Shown piece after piece: positions 63,421 through 64,000 of a stretch of DNA of 64,000 nt. Under the pieces are notes generated by a model, which worked only from the letters and a program-made list of their open reading frames with translations, searched no databases and was not told where the DNA came from. Each line of letters begins with the position of its first letter. Positions within the stretch are counted from its first letter, which is position 1. The DNA is from Felis catus. Its lineage: Eukaryota. Location: positions 72,356,001 to 72,420,000 of the forward strand of contig NC_058368.1 of assembly GCF_018350175.1 (NCBI RefSeq), given 5' to 3'. The position numbers were made by a program, and so were the translations under genes.

Positions 63421-64000
63421 ATGTTACATATTAAATGCATTTAATACCAAACATCATAGCTGAGCCTACCTCAGAAGGTCTGAAGAACTGTCCTAGCTAG
63501 CTTTACCATCCTCTCCCTGCTTGCTGACACTCGAAGAAGCCAGGATACCACTGTTCTGTTCCACCGCGGAGCATGTGGACAAGGGCACTTTCAGGAGGCA
63601 GCAGTTCAGTTCTTCAGAAATGATTAAATTGATGGCAGAAGAAACTGGGCTTGCTGAGACTCGGTCTGCTGATTTCAAAGTTGTTTCTGTGGGCCAGTGT
63701 CTGAGTTCCTTTCCCTGGCTGCTGCCAGCCCCAGGATGACAGTACAGCAGGGACATGAGAGAGATCTGTTGCCAAAAGGCTCAGTGACTTCTGAAGAGGT
63801 GGGTTTTCCTACCAAGTGAATATTCTTTTGATGATGGGCCTACTGCAATGTGCTCAATGTGGAACTAACCGAAGGACATCTGAGAATACTTCAGATGTCC
63901 TGAAATGTGATAATGCACTGCTGAGCTAAACAAGACATTCCTGATGTGTTGCATTCTACTCCTCAGTTTGGTTCAGGACAAAATAACAGGAGGCACGTCT

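Noticed and set aside
63493..63756. 72-87 aa ORFs near the window end as ITGBL1 exon 3 or a retrocopy
   Set aside because: No EGF-like cysteine pattern and no recognisable protein.

Overview
Mammalian, non-prokaryotic DNA from a felid (cat-family) genome, judged from about 29 Can-SINE/SINEC_Fc copies and a cat-type L1 3' end; the exact species cannot be read from the sequence. The window holds the 5' end of ITGBL1 on the + strand: coding exon 1 at 22840-22937, exon 2 at 24094-24311, then about 40 kb of intron 2, with exon 3 outside the window. A CpG-island promoter with a non-coding first exon lies on the - strand at about 2.4-3.4 kb and is assigned to NALCN from the conserved head-to-head NALCN/ITGBL1 arrangement. 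The rest is intergenic or intronic DNA rich in SINE, LTR, LINE and DNA-transposon remnants. I found no new gene system, and almost all listed ORFs are SINE- or GC-derived noise. The best leads are: two chimeric templated insertions built from nearby sequence (8.4-10.9 kb and 62.5-63.5 kb); a dense AP-1/RUNX motif cluster upstream of ITGBL1; a GCC repeat plus uAUG in the NALCN leader; a 5S-derived (AmnSINE1-like) relic; a SINE carrying a 3' transduction; a target site apparently hit three times by SINEs; and an in-frame exonisable SINE in ITGBL1 intron 1. Repeat-family names are from recall of consensus sequences, not from a search.
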